DNA of 64,000 nt from NCBI RefSeq assembly GCF_036321535.1, contig NC_087437.1, positions 20,400,001-20,464,000 on the forward strand, given 5' to 3'. The notes below the pieces were generated by a model. It saw nothing but the letters and a program-made list of their open reading frames with translations, searched no databases and was not told the origin of the DNA. The DNA comes from Camelus dromedarius. Taxonomy: Eukaryota. A program made the translations under genes and the position numbers. The first letter of the stretch is position 1, and each line of letters starts with the position of its first letter. Shown one piece after another: positions 25,660-38,559 of this stretch.

Positions 25660-26230
25660 CACTCACATATTCATTCAATGTGTATCTGAGCATCTGCTGT
25701 GTGCCAGGCATTGTGAAGGGTGAAACGACATGATCCCTAACCTCACAGAGTTATAGTTTAGTGGGAATATTAACATTAAACAGAAAAGTACATAAAAATT
25801 TTCACTGGAACTGTGGTAGGTGCCAGGGAGAGAGAAATACAGCGTGTTTATTCGTTCAACCCCTAGATACTCATGGAGCACTGAGACAGGCAAAACCCTG
25901 CCTTAGGCGCTCACTGAAACCTGTAACAGACAAAGGCTGGGAGGTAAGAGAAGGTCCCCCGAGGAAATGTTCAAGCTAAGACCAGAAGGGCAGGTAGAGT
26001 TCGGAGGCAGGCAAGGAAAAGGCAGAACACCATGACACGGTCCTGGGGAAGGTTTTTCCTGGAAGCATGGGCAGGGAGTCCCGTGGGCCTGGAGCACAGG
26101 GTTGGTGCAGGTGAGGATGGATCAAGGGGCAGCACCAGAGGTCCAGTGAGAGCTGTCACTTGACCCCAAGGGCAGGGGGAAGTTTCTGAGAGGCTTTAAG
26201 CTGAGAGGTCATGTCCCCATCATTAACACT
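25660..26230 (-). mobile_element. L2 3' region
   Basis: attcattcaatgtgtatctgagcatctgctgtgtgccaggc...ccctaacctcacagagttatagtttagtggg. Confidence 0.65.
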
Positions 26231-26289
26231 GTACCATGCTGTAATCTCCTCTTTATCAAGGTCCCAGAACAGGTCAATTTCAGCCTGCT

Positions 26290-26614
26290 GGCGACACAGG
26301 TGGACCTAGAGATTATCATTCTAAATGAAGTAAGTCAGACAAAGATAAATGTCATATGACATAGTTTATATGTGGAATCTAAAAAAAAAAAGATACAAAT
26401 GAACTTATTTACAAAATAGAAATAGACCCACGAACATAGAAAACAAACTACAGTTACCAAAGGGGAAGGGAGGGGAGGGATAAATTAGGAGTCTGGGACT
26501 AACGTATACACACTACTATATATAAAATAGATAACCAATAATGTCCTACTGTATAGCACAGGGAACTACACTCAGTATCTTGTAATAACTCATAATGGAA
26601 AAGAATCTGAAAAA

Positions 26615-26699
<85 letters not shown>

Positions 26700-26813
26700 T
26701 ATATATATGTATGTGTAACTGAATCACTTTGCTGTACCCTTAAAACTAACACACTGTAAATCAATTATACTTCAATAAAAAATAAAAAGTCTAAAAAAAT
26801 GCATATCAAAAAA
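26290..26813 (+). mobile_element. L1 3' end with internal microsatellite
   Basis: ggacctagagattatcattctaaatgaagtaag... Perfect 14-bp TSD aatttcagcctgct at 26276-26289 and 26814-26827. Confidence 0.93.
26617..26712. repeat. Compound (TA)n(CA)n microsatellite, duplicated, inside L1 3' UTR
   Basis: Directly visible. Confidence 0.95.
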
Positions 26814-27044
26814 AATTTCAGCCTGCTATCCTTCAAAGACACCAGCAAATAAATTCATGTTTGAGATCCGATGCTCTCCTCACCTCTGTGCCCTTCAAAA
26901 TGCTGTTCCCTCTGCTCTGTCTTTGCTCTTTTCTTCTTGATAAATCCCTCCTCAAACCTCAAAACTCACTCTGACCATCACCTCATCTGTAAAGCAGTCT
27001 GACTGCCCCAGGCCTTGGCTGCAACTTATCCTCACCTCCAGATA

Positions 27045-27362
27045 ACAGCAGGCTCAGAGAGTGGGCAGGGACCGAGCACCAACTGTCTGTTCCCCACCCA
27101 CAGAAAGTGACATGAGGACAGAAAGTGACACGAGGACAGAAAGTGAGAGTGTTGAGAAACTTTTAGAGCAACTATGCAGAACACATTTAGGACTGCTGAA
27201 TTTAATAATAAAAGAGTGAGGCTTGGATTTTGTATGTCTTCTATTTCATTTTTTCTAATGATCATTTTATTGTATTTTATAAAAGTATTGATCCACAATG
27301 GATTGAAATTTATTAAAAAGTGGGGGAGAGGGCCCTTCAGCACCTACAATGTGAGAAGCGCT
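27045..27362. mobile_element. hAT-Charlie non-autonomous element (Charlie4a-like) with a small 18-bp internal tandem repeat
   Basis: agaaacttttagagcaa...aataataaaagagtgaggcttggattttgtatgtc...ttttattgtattttataaaagtat...tgagaagcgc. Tandem unit cagaaagtgacaYgagga at 27101-27146. Confidence 0.65.
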
Positions 27363-27547
27363 ACCCAAAGTGCTGATGCCAAAGGCCTCCCCCCGCTTCC
27401 TTCTCCCCTTTCCCCACCTCCCTGACCTCCGCTAACTCATGGCTTCATTCACCCACACAGCAACCTTACGGGAAAGGAGTTGCCAGCCTGCCTTCTCTTC
27501 TAACAGAAATGAGCTAATGGGAACTAAGAGAGGGAAGCAGCAGGCCA

Positions 27548-28096
27548 GGGTCAGCTTCCTGTTGCTGCCATAACAGAGTACCACAAACAGCGGCTGAAAA
27601 CTACACACATGGATTATTGTGCAGTTGTGGAGGTCAGAGGGTCTACATGGGTTTCCGTAAGCTAAAATCAAGGTGTCAGCAAGGCCACGTTCCCTCAGAG
27701 GCTCTAAGGGGGATCCTTTTCCTTGCCTTTCCCAGCTTTTAATGGCTTCCTGCAGCCCTTGGCTCATCTTCCAATGTGTCACATTTGAAGAGTAACATCT
27801 TCCAGTGTGATCTCTCTCTCTGTCCCTCTCTCGTTCTGTCTCTTTCTCTCTGGGTCTCTGTCTCTCTCTCTCTCTCTCCCCTGCTTCCATCATCACATCT
27901 CCTTCTGACTCTACAACCCTCTTACAAGGATGCTTGTGATGACTTTGGGCCCGCCCAGACCATCCAAGATAATTTCCCCACCTCAAGATTCTCAATCACA
28001 CCTACAAAGTGTCTTCTGCCCTGTGAGGTAACATATGCAGAGGTTCCAGGAATTAGAATATAGATTCTTTAAAGGGCCATTATTCTGTCTACTGCA
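27548..28096 (-). mobile_element. MLT1D-like solo LTR
   Basis: ttgctgccataacagagtaccacaaac...gctaaaatcaaggtgtcagca...ggccattattctgtctac. Confidence 0.8.
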
Positions 28097-29995
28097 ATGA
28101 CCACACAGCTACCAGGGCGAATACTTCCAGGACTCAAACCTCGGTCTCAGCGTCAGAATCCACGTTTAGGGTTTGGTTTGGTTTTTTCCCACTACCCAAT
28201 TCCACTTTCTGATATACGTGCCTGTGCGGATTAAACTACTGTTTGAAAGGGTTAGAAAATAGCAAGCCCTGATGTGTGGGTGGAAAGAGGGCTCATGCAA
28301 TTGAATCTCCGTCAGCCGTGAAGACCCCGGAGTCCCCAGCAGACAGCCACGGCAAACACGGGGGAGCTGCCCGACTTGCGCTCCAGTCCAGACAGAGCGC
28401 CAGGGATGCGCCAGCAGCCCGGACCGCACATGCGTACGTCTCAGGAAAGACAGGGTTTTCTCCATCAAGGACAGTGTGCCCTGGCAGTGTTGAATTTTTA
28501 CTCCTGGGCAGGTAGATAAATAGACATGAGAGTCTTACTAGCAGGAAGAAAAACCTGCACCAAGTTTCTCCAAGAAGACATTAAGATAATCCAGCAGCAG
28601 CAATCCACTGCCAGCCCAAAGCCATCCTTCAAGGTAAACTTTTATAAATCAAACACAGATGACTCCAGAATCCCTCAAGAGCTGGTTCTGTGATGTGCTG
28701 GTTGATGCAGGTGCTGGCACAATCTACTGCGTGAGGGTTATTAAATCACCACGTTCTGCTCACGCCATCGATTCCAGCTTGTCCCACGTCAAGTCCCAAG
28801 ACCATCGGTCCCTCCAGGAGGCGGCGATCGCCTCCTCAGGCAGCACATAAGGAGAACCACAGGGAGTCTGCTGGGGGCGCAGGCCCTGCTGCTCCCTCCT
28901 TGCTGGGCTCCCGGGGCCCACCTGGGGTCAGGGTGTCCAGGCCTGAGCAGGAGCAGCTGTGTGATGCTTCCTGTCCACGGACGGGGCACAAGGAGTTGAG
29001 GGGCCTTTCCGGAGTTGAGGAACCACTAGGCCAGAGCCAGGGCCCCACTCCTACAGGCCAGGAAGGCGAGGAGCAGACAAAGGCAGGCGGGGCAGAGTGG
29101 GGGTCTGGGGGCTGAAGGAGAGAACTGGAGTCATCCCTAGCAGTCCAAGAAGCTCTTCACAGAACCCAGAGGCCCCCGGCCTCGCGCTCACCTCTTAGTA
29201 CATCATGTTGTGGACATCAATGCGTCTTCACTTGTCTGCAGGGCTGCTATTTACAGATGTCCAGCTGTGCCCTGTACCAGGGCACCACGTGTAAGGAATG
29301 CCATTGAGAGCTACACATATACTCACTTTCCTGTGAGTGCACAGAACCCCCCGCCACGTGGGTCCCAGGACAGCACCCACGAGCCACCCCTGACTTAACC
29401 CCTCCACGGGTACAGCCAAGCTTTGCACACACCCCCGGCTCACCCTTGTGTGTGCAGCTGTGCCCGGTTCCAACTGCACCTCAGGCTTCTCCTGACATCA
29501 TTTTCTTGCCTCCTCACTGCTCTGGGAGATGCGCTTCCAGTCCCAGCAGCCTCAAGGACCCTGATTCAGCCAGCTGCTGCAGGATGGAAGACAGGCAGGT
29601 CTCAGCACATGCACCTCAGCAGGCAGGAGTAGGAGGGGGCGTGTATGTGCCTGCAGCCCTAGGACAGCCTGCCAGCAGAGGCATGACTGATGGGCACCAG
29701 TGTTTATAGAACAATTTATAAACGTATTGATTTTTTTTGAACTTGAAGAAAAAAGCACCCTTTACTTAGAAAAAAAAAAAAGCACCTTTAAATTTTTTTT
29801 AGAAATGTATCTTACCCTCTAGCTTGTCTCCCCCTCCCTAATTTGTGACTTAATTAAGAGTTTGGATTGGGCACTACTTTGTGGCCCCAGCAACCAGCTG
29901 GTGACTTGCTCTTTGATGATTTCTGAACAGAAAAAGGGAAAAGGGAAAGACAAGAAAGAAGGAGGGAGGGAAAGAGGGGAGAGGGAGAAGTAATT

Positions 29996-30031
29996 GGATG
30001 GATGGATGGATGGATGGACGGATGGATGGAT
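29996..30031. repeat. (GGAT)n microsatellite
   Basis: Directly visible. Confidence 0.95.
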
Positions 30032-30669
30032 TTCCGACACCTGTTAGACACTGAAATTCAGCCTGCTGCTCCCTGCTCTTTCTGTTTTAACCATGTCTGC
30101 CCCCCCCACCACCACTGCCCCTTTTCTCCTGCTTCTCCCATACCTTCTGTGTTATCCCTGAGGCCATTCATATCTTCTGGGCTGAATCACTTCCAGGAAC
30201 TACGCACTGCCCTTCCACAGATGTGGTAGGGTTTCTACCCCTTTCCCACCGCCCTTCCCCAATGAGGGAGCCCAGGCGTGGGACCCAGACTCCTGGCTGG
30301 AGGTCACCCCATGGTGTGGCTGTGTGCAGCTCTGTCCCCAGCACTTATCCTTAGGAAGTAAGTGGGTCTTGCTCTCCCATCCTCCTGGAAAGTAGGGTAC
30401 CGCAGGAGGACCTTACTGCCACCACCTCCCTCCTAGGAGACAGAACCCCCTTTTGTACGTAGCCAAGGCTATAGATTCAGCTTCTGTTTTCCTGGAGGGA
30501 AGGGAATATTTTCCCATAATGTTCTTAGCATCTAGTGTTGTTCCTTAAGTCGCCTATTCCAGAGAACACTAAGCATTTTCAAGGCTCCAAGATGCTGACT
30601 CCAAACTGAATCCCCCCCATGGGGCCTCCTTAAAGGGCCTTTGACAGACTGAAGCTGGGGAAGGTATTT

Positions 30670-31070
30670 TCTGAGCACCTAATCTGTGCCGGACCTTGTC
30701 CTGTGCCCTGCGAACAGCAGTGGACAGAGAGACCCCCGTTCTTGTGGAACTTCCAGTCCAGAGGGAAGGGAGAGAGAATAACTGAATAAATGTTGGCCTG
30801 TGTTGCATCATACAGGGTGGACAGTGGTTGTGGTGGGGAGGAGAGGCTCCTGCACTTGGGGAGGGTAAGGGAGGCCTTTCTGCAGAGATAACTTTAGACA
30901 TGAGACCTGAGTGATAAGGAGGAGCTACTCAGTGCAAATACAGGGGAGGGAATGGGTTTGGACACTTGGGGGAACAGATGGAAGCCAGCATGGCTGGAGG
31001 GCCACGAATGAAAAAGAGAGGGGATGGAGGAGAGCTCAGGAAGGTGGGCAGGGACCTGATCAGATTCCTG
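30670..31070 (-). mobile_element. L2 fragment
   Basis: ctgagcacctaatctgtgccgg...gggaggcctttctgcagagataactttagacatgagacctga. Confidence 0.6.
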
Positions 31071-31099
31071 CTCAGACACAGTTACTAGTATTCACATTA

Positions 31100-31400
31100 A
31101 TGACTACCCTATATGGAGTGTTTGTTGTGTGTCCAACACTATAAGTTATTCATCTAAGTTACATTATTTAATCATGACAACAACCTGAGGTGGCAATTAT
31201 TAACCCATTTACCAGATCCTCACAATAATGACATATGGCGAGTGCCTTTTATGGGCCATGCACTGGACCCAATGCTTTACGTGCATCGTCTGGATTCCTC
31301 ACGACAACCCTATGAGGTGCAAGTATTCTTACTTCCCCCATTGCACAGGTCAGCAAACTGAGACTTGGAGCATTTGGGTGAACTGTCCAAAGTCCCAGCA
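31100..31400 (-). mobile_element. MIR SINE fragments (two, adjacent)
   Basis: tttaatcatgacaacaacctgagg; cctcacgacaaccctatgagg...ccccattgcacagg...aaactgagac. Confidence 0.65.
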
Positions 31401-32639
31401 CCACATCCATTCACATCAACTAAGGACTTACCACTGTCTACACTGGCTGGGTTCTCCCTGTGCCTGTCCCCTCCATCTTGCCTGCTTACATTTGAGGTCT
31501 GCCTTGATGTTGGACTTGGGAAAATGTGAGGCATGATTCCCACCAGAGGAAAAGCACTGGGGATGGGAAAGGATTCGTCCTTCCACTGGAGCTCTTCATG
31601 GAGCCCGGAGAAGCCCATGGTGTAGGAGGTATGGTGCCCTCTCCAGCCAGCAGTGGCTTCGGGCCTCCCCCAAAGCCCATCTCCAGAGATTCCATCCAAT
31701 CCGCTGCAGCCTTTAAAACCCCAGCCACACCTGAGGAACCTTCCACCGCTGAAGCAAACCTCAAGAGCTGCTCTGTTTTCATTATTCTCTGTCACAGCCC
31801 GGACAAAGCCCCATCGACTTCAAAGCGATTTGCCTCCCAGAACTTTCCCAGTCCTCCCCAACAGTGTTCAGGCGAATAGATCATTCATTTGAACAGTTTT
31901 TATAACATAAAAAACCAATCCTTTATAGCAGGCAATCAGCAGTCTTAAAATAATTACCCATAACTAAAGAGCAATCAAAGGAAGATCAAATGAAATCTGA
32001 TTAATGGGTGGTAAAGACAAATGTTCTTTAAATAATTCCGTAAAATAAATTTCGATGGAATAATCTCTCCATGAAGATGTTTCTTTAGGGGCTTAAGATA
32101 AATAGACTCTTTTTAACCCAAAGCACCTCACAACTAAATTGCATAGCATTTGGGGGAGGTTCTGGTTATTTTTCCTAAGCAGAAAATTTTCTGTGTTCTT
32201 CCTTTTTCCCTCCAGGCCATCACAGAAAGAGGATAAAATTTCATTTTCCCCCTGCAATTATGTAGCTGTATTATTTTTGTAATAGGCTTATGAAGAACCA
32301 GCTCTCTAAACACAATTCCCCAGCTGAAGTTCACAGGATTGAAACTGAGAGATAAATCCTCTTGGCTTCTTACTGGATATTATTTTCAAGGTCAATGTTG
32401 ATGACAATTCACAGAACTCAATTTCTCCTCAGGTGCCCAGGTTTCTAAGATGCACCTTGTAGAAATTTAGCCAGGGCCAACACAGTGCATGAGCGAAATG
32501 GGGTGGGGGGTTCTGGAAAGGCCCAATTCTCACCAAGCCCTGGCTCCCCATTGGCTTCATGCCTTGAGCTCTTAAGTCATATAACGTACGGGCTGGGGAA
32601 CCTTAAAAATAGGGCGACCGATAAGGGAGCTTGCCAGCT

Positions 32640-33610
32640 AATGAGGCAAACAGAGGGCTGAGGATGATCAAAGGACCCTTCCAAGATGAGAAGAATGTGA
32701 TGGTCAACTAGTGGGAACAGAATGTACAAACATCAGGAGAGGAAATTTGAGACCTAGCTGGAGCAAGTGGCCCCCACGCCAGAAGAGAGAGATTTCTCCT
32801 GTGAGACCAGAAGGAAGAAGGCAAATCTGAGTGGACATGCAGGTAGTTTGGGGAGGTAGAGCAAATACCCTCTTCTGAGCATCTACTTTCTCAGCTCAGT
32901 GAGAGTCCAAGTCAGCTCTCAAGGGTGAAGGGAAAGGTATTGACATGGAGGGTTTGAAGAGAGAGGAGAAAGTGTGAATGACCTTCGAAGAGGAAGAGAG
33001 GGGAGCACTACCAAGGAAACATGAACTTTCCATGCAGGGTTGAGCACCTAACTCAAGTCACAAACTATGAGTTTCTGGTGGCCCCATCAGCACAGTTGTA
33101 TAATTGTGCCTACCAGTACTGGCTGCCAAGTGCCCAGCAACGGACTGGAGAAGGTAGATAGTCAGACTGATCCAGCATGGAAGGTATTCACTGTGTGAAT
33201 GGTCATGAAGGATAGATATAAAGGGAGGGAAGATCTTAGCAAGAGAGATATGGAAGTGATAGACCCCAAGGCAGATGGAGAAGGAAGTGACAAAATGAAG
33301 GGTGAAAACAGAAAGGAATTAGAATGATCAAGGGCATAGGAATCTCAATGAGGACAAGGAGCAGATGCTGTGGGAGGAACCCAGTGAGAGCAATGGTCAG
33401 AGTATAATGACAGCTGGGGATGTCAGAGTGGAGGTGATCCACATGGTGAGAAGGGTGCGGCCTTTGGGATGGCTATTGGAATAGACGGCTCAAGTGGAGA
33501 GGAGATGAAGGCTTCTTGAGGTCTGGAGACTAAGGCTCTGAGGGGCAGAGCATGGAATAGACCATTCATGAGGATATCGACGTTGCCAAGAATGACCCAA
33601 AGGAGCACTT
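32640..33610 (-). mobile_element. L2 internal fragment (degenerate)
   Basis: Purine-rich stretch with the reverse-L2 motifs gcatctactttctcagctcagtgagag and gatatcgacgttgccaagaatga. Confidence 0.45.
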
Positions 33611-34690
33611 TTTTTAAATGAAACTTTCTGCTTTTGATGATTCCAAAATAGGTCTTAAATCCACCAGCTTCTCTCTGCATTTCCCCAGTCCCTGCTCCAA
33701 GCTACCACCATCTTCTGCTCTTCCAACGGCCTCTTAATGATCCTCCTTCTCCCAACACCCTCACCCCCAAAATCTATCTCTGCTTTTCAGTCCACTCGGT
33801 CTTAAAATACAAATCTAGTCATCTCCTACCATGTGGGTGGTTCCCAAACAGCCCCCACCCCAGTGGTATCCTATGGAGAACATACACATACTACATATAA
33901 ATGTGGAATTTCTTGGTTGAAAGGGGATGAGGACTTTAGAGACCTCTGCCCATTTAGCCTCCCTCTTCACTTGGCCATCTGCATCTTCCCAAACCTTTAT
34001 GCTTATTTTTATATTCACTTACATAAAAATCAGGATAGTGGCAAATACACTTGACACAAAACAGTAGAGCAGGTACCACCCTAGGAAGGGTACTGAATGG
34101 TGTGGTAGTTACAAAAGAGGGCTCAGGATACAGATCCTGGGTTTGAAATCTGGCTCCTTCACTTACTGTGTCATCTTCCTAAGTTACTTTATCTCTAAGT
34201 TCCCCCTTTTCCACTATTGTTCAACGAGACTAGTAACAGTACTTACTTGTTCATAATGTACGGCTACCAACCCTTGCTAGAAAATTCTCAGGTCTTCCTT
34301 CCCAGCAGTATCAGGAAGATACTGGTAGCTCTGCTGGCTCTGCAGAATGGAATGTGCCTGAGAGAGGGAGCTGGTTTGGTGGTCCTCCTTTCAGTGCTCA
34401 GTGGTGGCTCAGGGGGTTAACTCTACTTCTGGACCCTTCAGAGGCCCCAGACACCCAGAACCACCATGAATGCATGAGATGCAGGAAGCCTTGGAGAAAT
34501 CTTTACTTGATCCTCTTGAGAGGTTTTTCTATGACCCTCTTCTCCAAAGCCCAGAGTTGTCAAACCTTGGCCACCTTACCCCATGACCCATCCTGGCAGC
34601 TAAGAGACCCATGGATATTTAAGTGCTGGAATTTACTCCCTCTCAGCACCCTTTATCTTTCATATAGTCTCTTGGCTGGCTCTTCCCTTC

Positions 34691-35062
34691 TGTCTTGGTT
34701 CAGGCTGCTCTAACAAAGTATCATGCACTGAGTGGCTTAAACAACAGACATTTTTTTCCTCACAGATCTGGAGGCTAAGACCAAGGTCAAGGTGCTGGCA
34801 GATCTGGTTCCTGGTGAGAGCCTCTTCCTGGATTACAGATGGCCAGCTTCTCGCTGTTTCCTCACACGGTGGAAAGAGCCAGAGCTCTGGTCCTTCCTCT
34901 TCTTGTAAGGACAGGAATCCCATCACAGAGGCCCCACCCTCATGACCTCGAAATACCTAAATCCAGTTACCTCCCAAAGGCCCCACCATTAAATACCATC
35001 ATACTGAGTGTTAGAGCTTCAACATATGAGTTTGAGGAAACACAAAACATTCAATCTTAACA
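34691..35062 (-). mobile_element. MLT1A-like solo LTR
   Basis: TG...CA termini with perfect 5-bp TSD ccttc (34686-34690 and 35063-35067). Internal caaggtcaaggtgctggcagat and acctcccaaaggcccc. Confidence 0.9.
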
Positions 35063-35527
35063 CCTTCCCTTATCTTTTATCCCTCAACCCCTCCATGGAT
35101 GGCCAATAACCTCCACAAAAGGACTCAGTGACTATACTCCAGATTCTCAGGAAAGCTCAGAGCACACTTCATATACTGTGAGTGTACAGTGGGAAAAGCA
35201 CAATCTGAAGTCACAAGACTGGCTTGGAGCCCCACTAGCTTGCCCTGTGTTTTTAGGTCTCTTCATTGGAGCCCACAGTCACACCTACTTACTCCGTAGG
35301 GCTTCTAAGGATTTAATGAGTTAGTTCACATGCTTAGAATAGTGCCTGGCGCATAACAAGTACTAGATACACGTTTTCATTATGTTGAGGTTGGGGGTGA
35401 GCAATGCAGTTTTGGTGATGAGTCAGCACAAAAAGCAAGAAGCAAGTGGCCAAAGTTAGCCTGATCCCTGACTCCCCGAAGGGGCAGCATATGAAGGGCA
35501 CAGACTCAGGAGGCCAAGCCTACCATC

Positions 35528-36137
35528 TGTCTTAGTTTGGATTGTCCCAGAAGCAGACCCTGAGCCAAGCGTTGGAGGACAAACCATGCAGAGGAAGTAC
35601 AAGGAACAGGGTAGCAGAGAGGGCTAGTAGTGACGGGAGGGGAAGGCCGTGAGTAAAGGCACATTATTAAAGCCAACAATCACAAGAGAAGACTAAAGTT
35701 TCATCTCACGGGAGGAGGAGGGCATAGCTCAGTGGTAGAGTGTGTGCTAGGCATGCACAAGGTCCTGAGTTCAATTCCTAGTCCCTCTATCAACATAAAT
35801 AAATAAACCTAACAACCCCCCCCCAAAAAAAACATAATCTCATGGGAAAACTCTGAAAAACGACACAAAAATATGGCTCAGAATTATCCAGGCCAAAGCT
35901 CCATGGGGCTGGAAGACTCCTGCTTCAGTATTCACCAGCGCTGGTTAAGAGCTGACCCCAGGGGAAGTTAATTCATAAGCACTTCCAGCCAGCAGTGCAC
36001 AGGGACACAGGAGGCTCCGGTAGGCCAAGGGTAACCCCAAGAAAGACGCAGGTGCTGGCTCCTGGCCGTCAGGCTGGCACAGGTGGACATGGTGAAAGCA
36101 ACTGAAGAGGTATGAGCGGAGCACCCACTGCAGTTAC
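35528..36137 (-). mobile_element. ERVL-class solo LTR (LTR16/LTR33-like), interrupted by a SINE
   Basis: Starts tgtcttagtttggattgtcccagaagcagaccctgagccaag. Confidence 0.55.
35714..35836 (+). mobile_element. tRNA-derived SINE (camelid vic-1-like)
   Basis: gggcatagctcagtggtagagtg...gagttcaattcc, tail aaataaataaacctaac. TSD atctca(c/t)ggga at 35703-35713 and 35837-35847. Confidence 0.9.
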
Positions 36138-37170
36138 ACTTACCAAAATTTTATGGGCTCCCACAGCGGGACTACAATTCTGATGCAGCTGTCACCAAGT
36201 GCAAATGTTGTTCTTAACTCTCAGCCCTCACTCCACTCTTCCACTTCCCTTGAGACCCGTGTGATGGAATCTGGTCAGGTTTCCCCTGACAGTGCTCACT
36301 CTGCCCCAGAAGTAGGTACTGCCGAGGGCATGCGGTGTGAAAGCAACAAGGGTTTCCCTCAGTCCAGGTAAACATTGCGCATCACGGACGCACTGACACA
36401 CGGATGGTGCACCTTGAGTGTTCAATGTCCTATTTACAACGCCAGTCAGGGGAGGTGGGGAAAAGGGCTGAGCAGGAAGAGAGGAAATCATATTCACCGA
36501 GCACCTACTATGTGCCAGCACTGTGCTGGGTCTTTACACCTCACGGAATCCACAGCCAGCCCTGCAAGCAGCAGTGAAGGACCAGCCTTCCCCCAGTGCT
36601 ACCGGCCCTGGGAGCCAGCCAACCCAAAGGGTGACGATTGATTCATCTAGGTGCTGTTTTGACTTGAGTTTGCCGGCTTACAAATAAGGTTGAACAGCAT
36701 TTTGTGTTCATTGTTCCCCAGCCTCTTAGCCTGCACATCTCGCCTTCCTCAGCATGTACTTAGCGCTCCTCACCTGTTTATAACATTATTCTCCTGGCAA
36801 AGCCAACTTCTGATCCCAGATGCAGCTTCTTGTGTTCACAAAAGAACCAAATTCAAAGGGCAGAAAAGAATTGTCAAGGCAGCTGTTTCTCTAGTGCCCT
36901 TGGGATTGATCCCCTGCCACCCCTGACTCTGAACTTGAACAAGATGGAAGCCAGAGGCAGGGCCGGCTGTGTTTATTCTCCACCTAGAACCACACTCCCT
37001 CCACTCCCAGCCCTGCCCTGTGCCCCGAGGCTGGCCACTGGTGACTGCGGGGCCCCTCCTTTGCTCTCTGGCTGCTGGGGGTTTGGGGTGGGGAGTGGTC
37101 TGTCCAGTGAGAGACACCATCATGAGAGAAGTCAGGAGAACAGAGCTGAAGGAATTCTTCCACCCCACCC

Positions 37171-37618
37171 TGTGTGGGTTCCCTAGGGCCGCCATAACAG
37201 ATTACCAGAGACGGCTGACTTAAAAGAACAGAAACGTATTCTGTCACAGTTCTGGAGAATGGACGTCTAAATCAAGATGTCGCCAGGTCTGGCTCCCACT
37301 GGGGGCTCGAGAGAGAACATGTCCCGTGCTTTTCTCCTAGTTTCTGGTGGTTGTCAGCAATCCTTGGTGTTCCTTGGCTTGTAGATGCATTGCTCCAGTC
37401 TCTGCCTCCATCTTCACCTGGCATTATCCGCTCTCGATCTGGATTTGTCTCTCTGTCTTCAGTCATACTGGATTAGGGCCCACCCTGATGACCTCATCTT
37501 AACTTGATTCATCTATAAAGACCCCATTCCCAATTAATGTCGCCCAATTAAGGTCACATTCACAGAATACTGAGGGTTACTACATATCTTTTGAGGAGAC
37601 ACAATTCCACCCATAACA
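37171..37618 (-). mobile_element. MLT1B/C-like solo LTR
   Basis: TG...CA termini, TSD caccc/cacct. Internal ggattagggcccaccctgatgacctcatcttaacttgatt. Confidence 0.88.
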
Positions 37619-38559
37619 CACCTACATCTGGTTATGGCTGGTTCCTCTTAGCCACCACATCTGTCCAGCAGCCAATCATTCACAAGTCCACCACTGCCTC
37701 CCCTGCTCTCTTCGGGACATCATGCTGGTATCTGGGTCCATAGACCCTTCACCAAACCCTCCTAGGTTCCTCTTTGAGTGCCTACATCCAAATTATAAAG
37801 TCAAGAAGATCCAAAAAAGAAACTGCAGGAACCATGTGGAGAGTTTGCCCTGTGCTTTTAGTATGTGACAGAGACAGGTGAAACACCTTGGTCTAAAGAA
37901 GAGTATGAGGGATTTTGCTTGGAGTGGCCTAGAAGCAAACTGCCCTTCACCAACAGCAGGGCAGAGAAATGTGTTTTATCTCAATCCCTGGGCTTCATTA
38001 TGGAAGTGGAATGGGTCGTATTGGAAAGACCAAGACTGCTTTCTATCTCAGGACAAGGCAACCTCAGCCAGGTAAGGGCTTCCCTGCCATTTATCTTCCA
38101 TCCAACTCAAAAGGAGCAAGAGGCAATATGAGGAAGAGGGTAGGGGTGGTTAGAAGAGCAATTCAGGGTAAAGGAGATGCTGACTGCACCCCCCCCACCC
38201 CCCCACCCCCCCGTCCATAACTCTATGACAAGGTTCCTGTCTAAAAGTGAGCTCAAAGCTGGAGAAGGTTAACCTGGAAGAAAGTTCTGAAGTTTGGTTA
38301 CGTTCCTGGAGTGAACATTGTCACTATTAAGATGAGACAGTTCTTGTGATTGAAAGTGAACAAAAGATATTTTTCCCTCAAAGTGACAAGAAAAATTATG
38401 GAACTTCACAGTGATTTCATCAAGGTGCAAGAAAGGATAATCCACAGAGCAGATCTGATCAGACAGTGGTAGAAAAAAATTAATGCATATAAATACTTAT
38501 CTCCTGCTAGCACACTATTGGGTCCTACTCATTCTGTATGCTTGATAGAAGGGGCCAGA

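Noticed and set aside
27101..27146. 18-bp repeated unit (repeat-array-like)
   Set aside because: Only about 2.5 contiguous units without spacers, inside a hAT element. An ordinary tandem duplication, not CRISPR-like.
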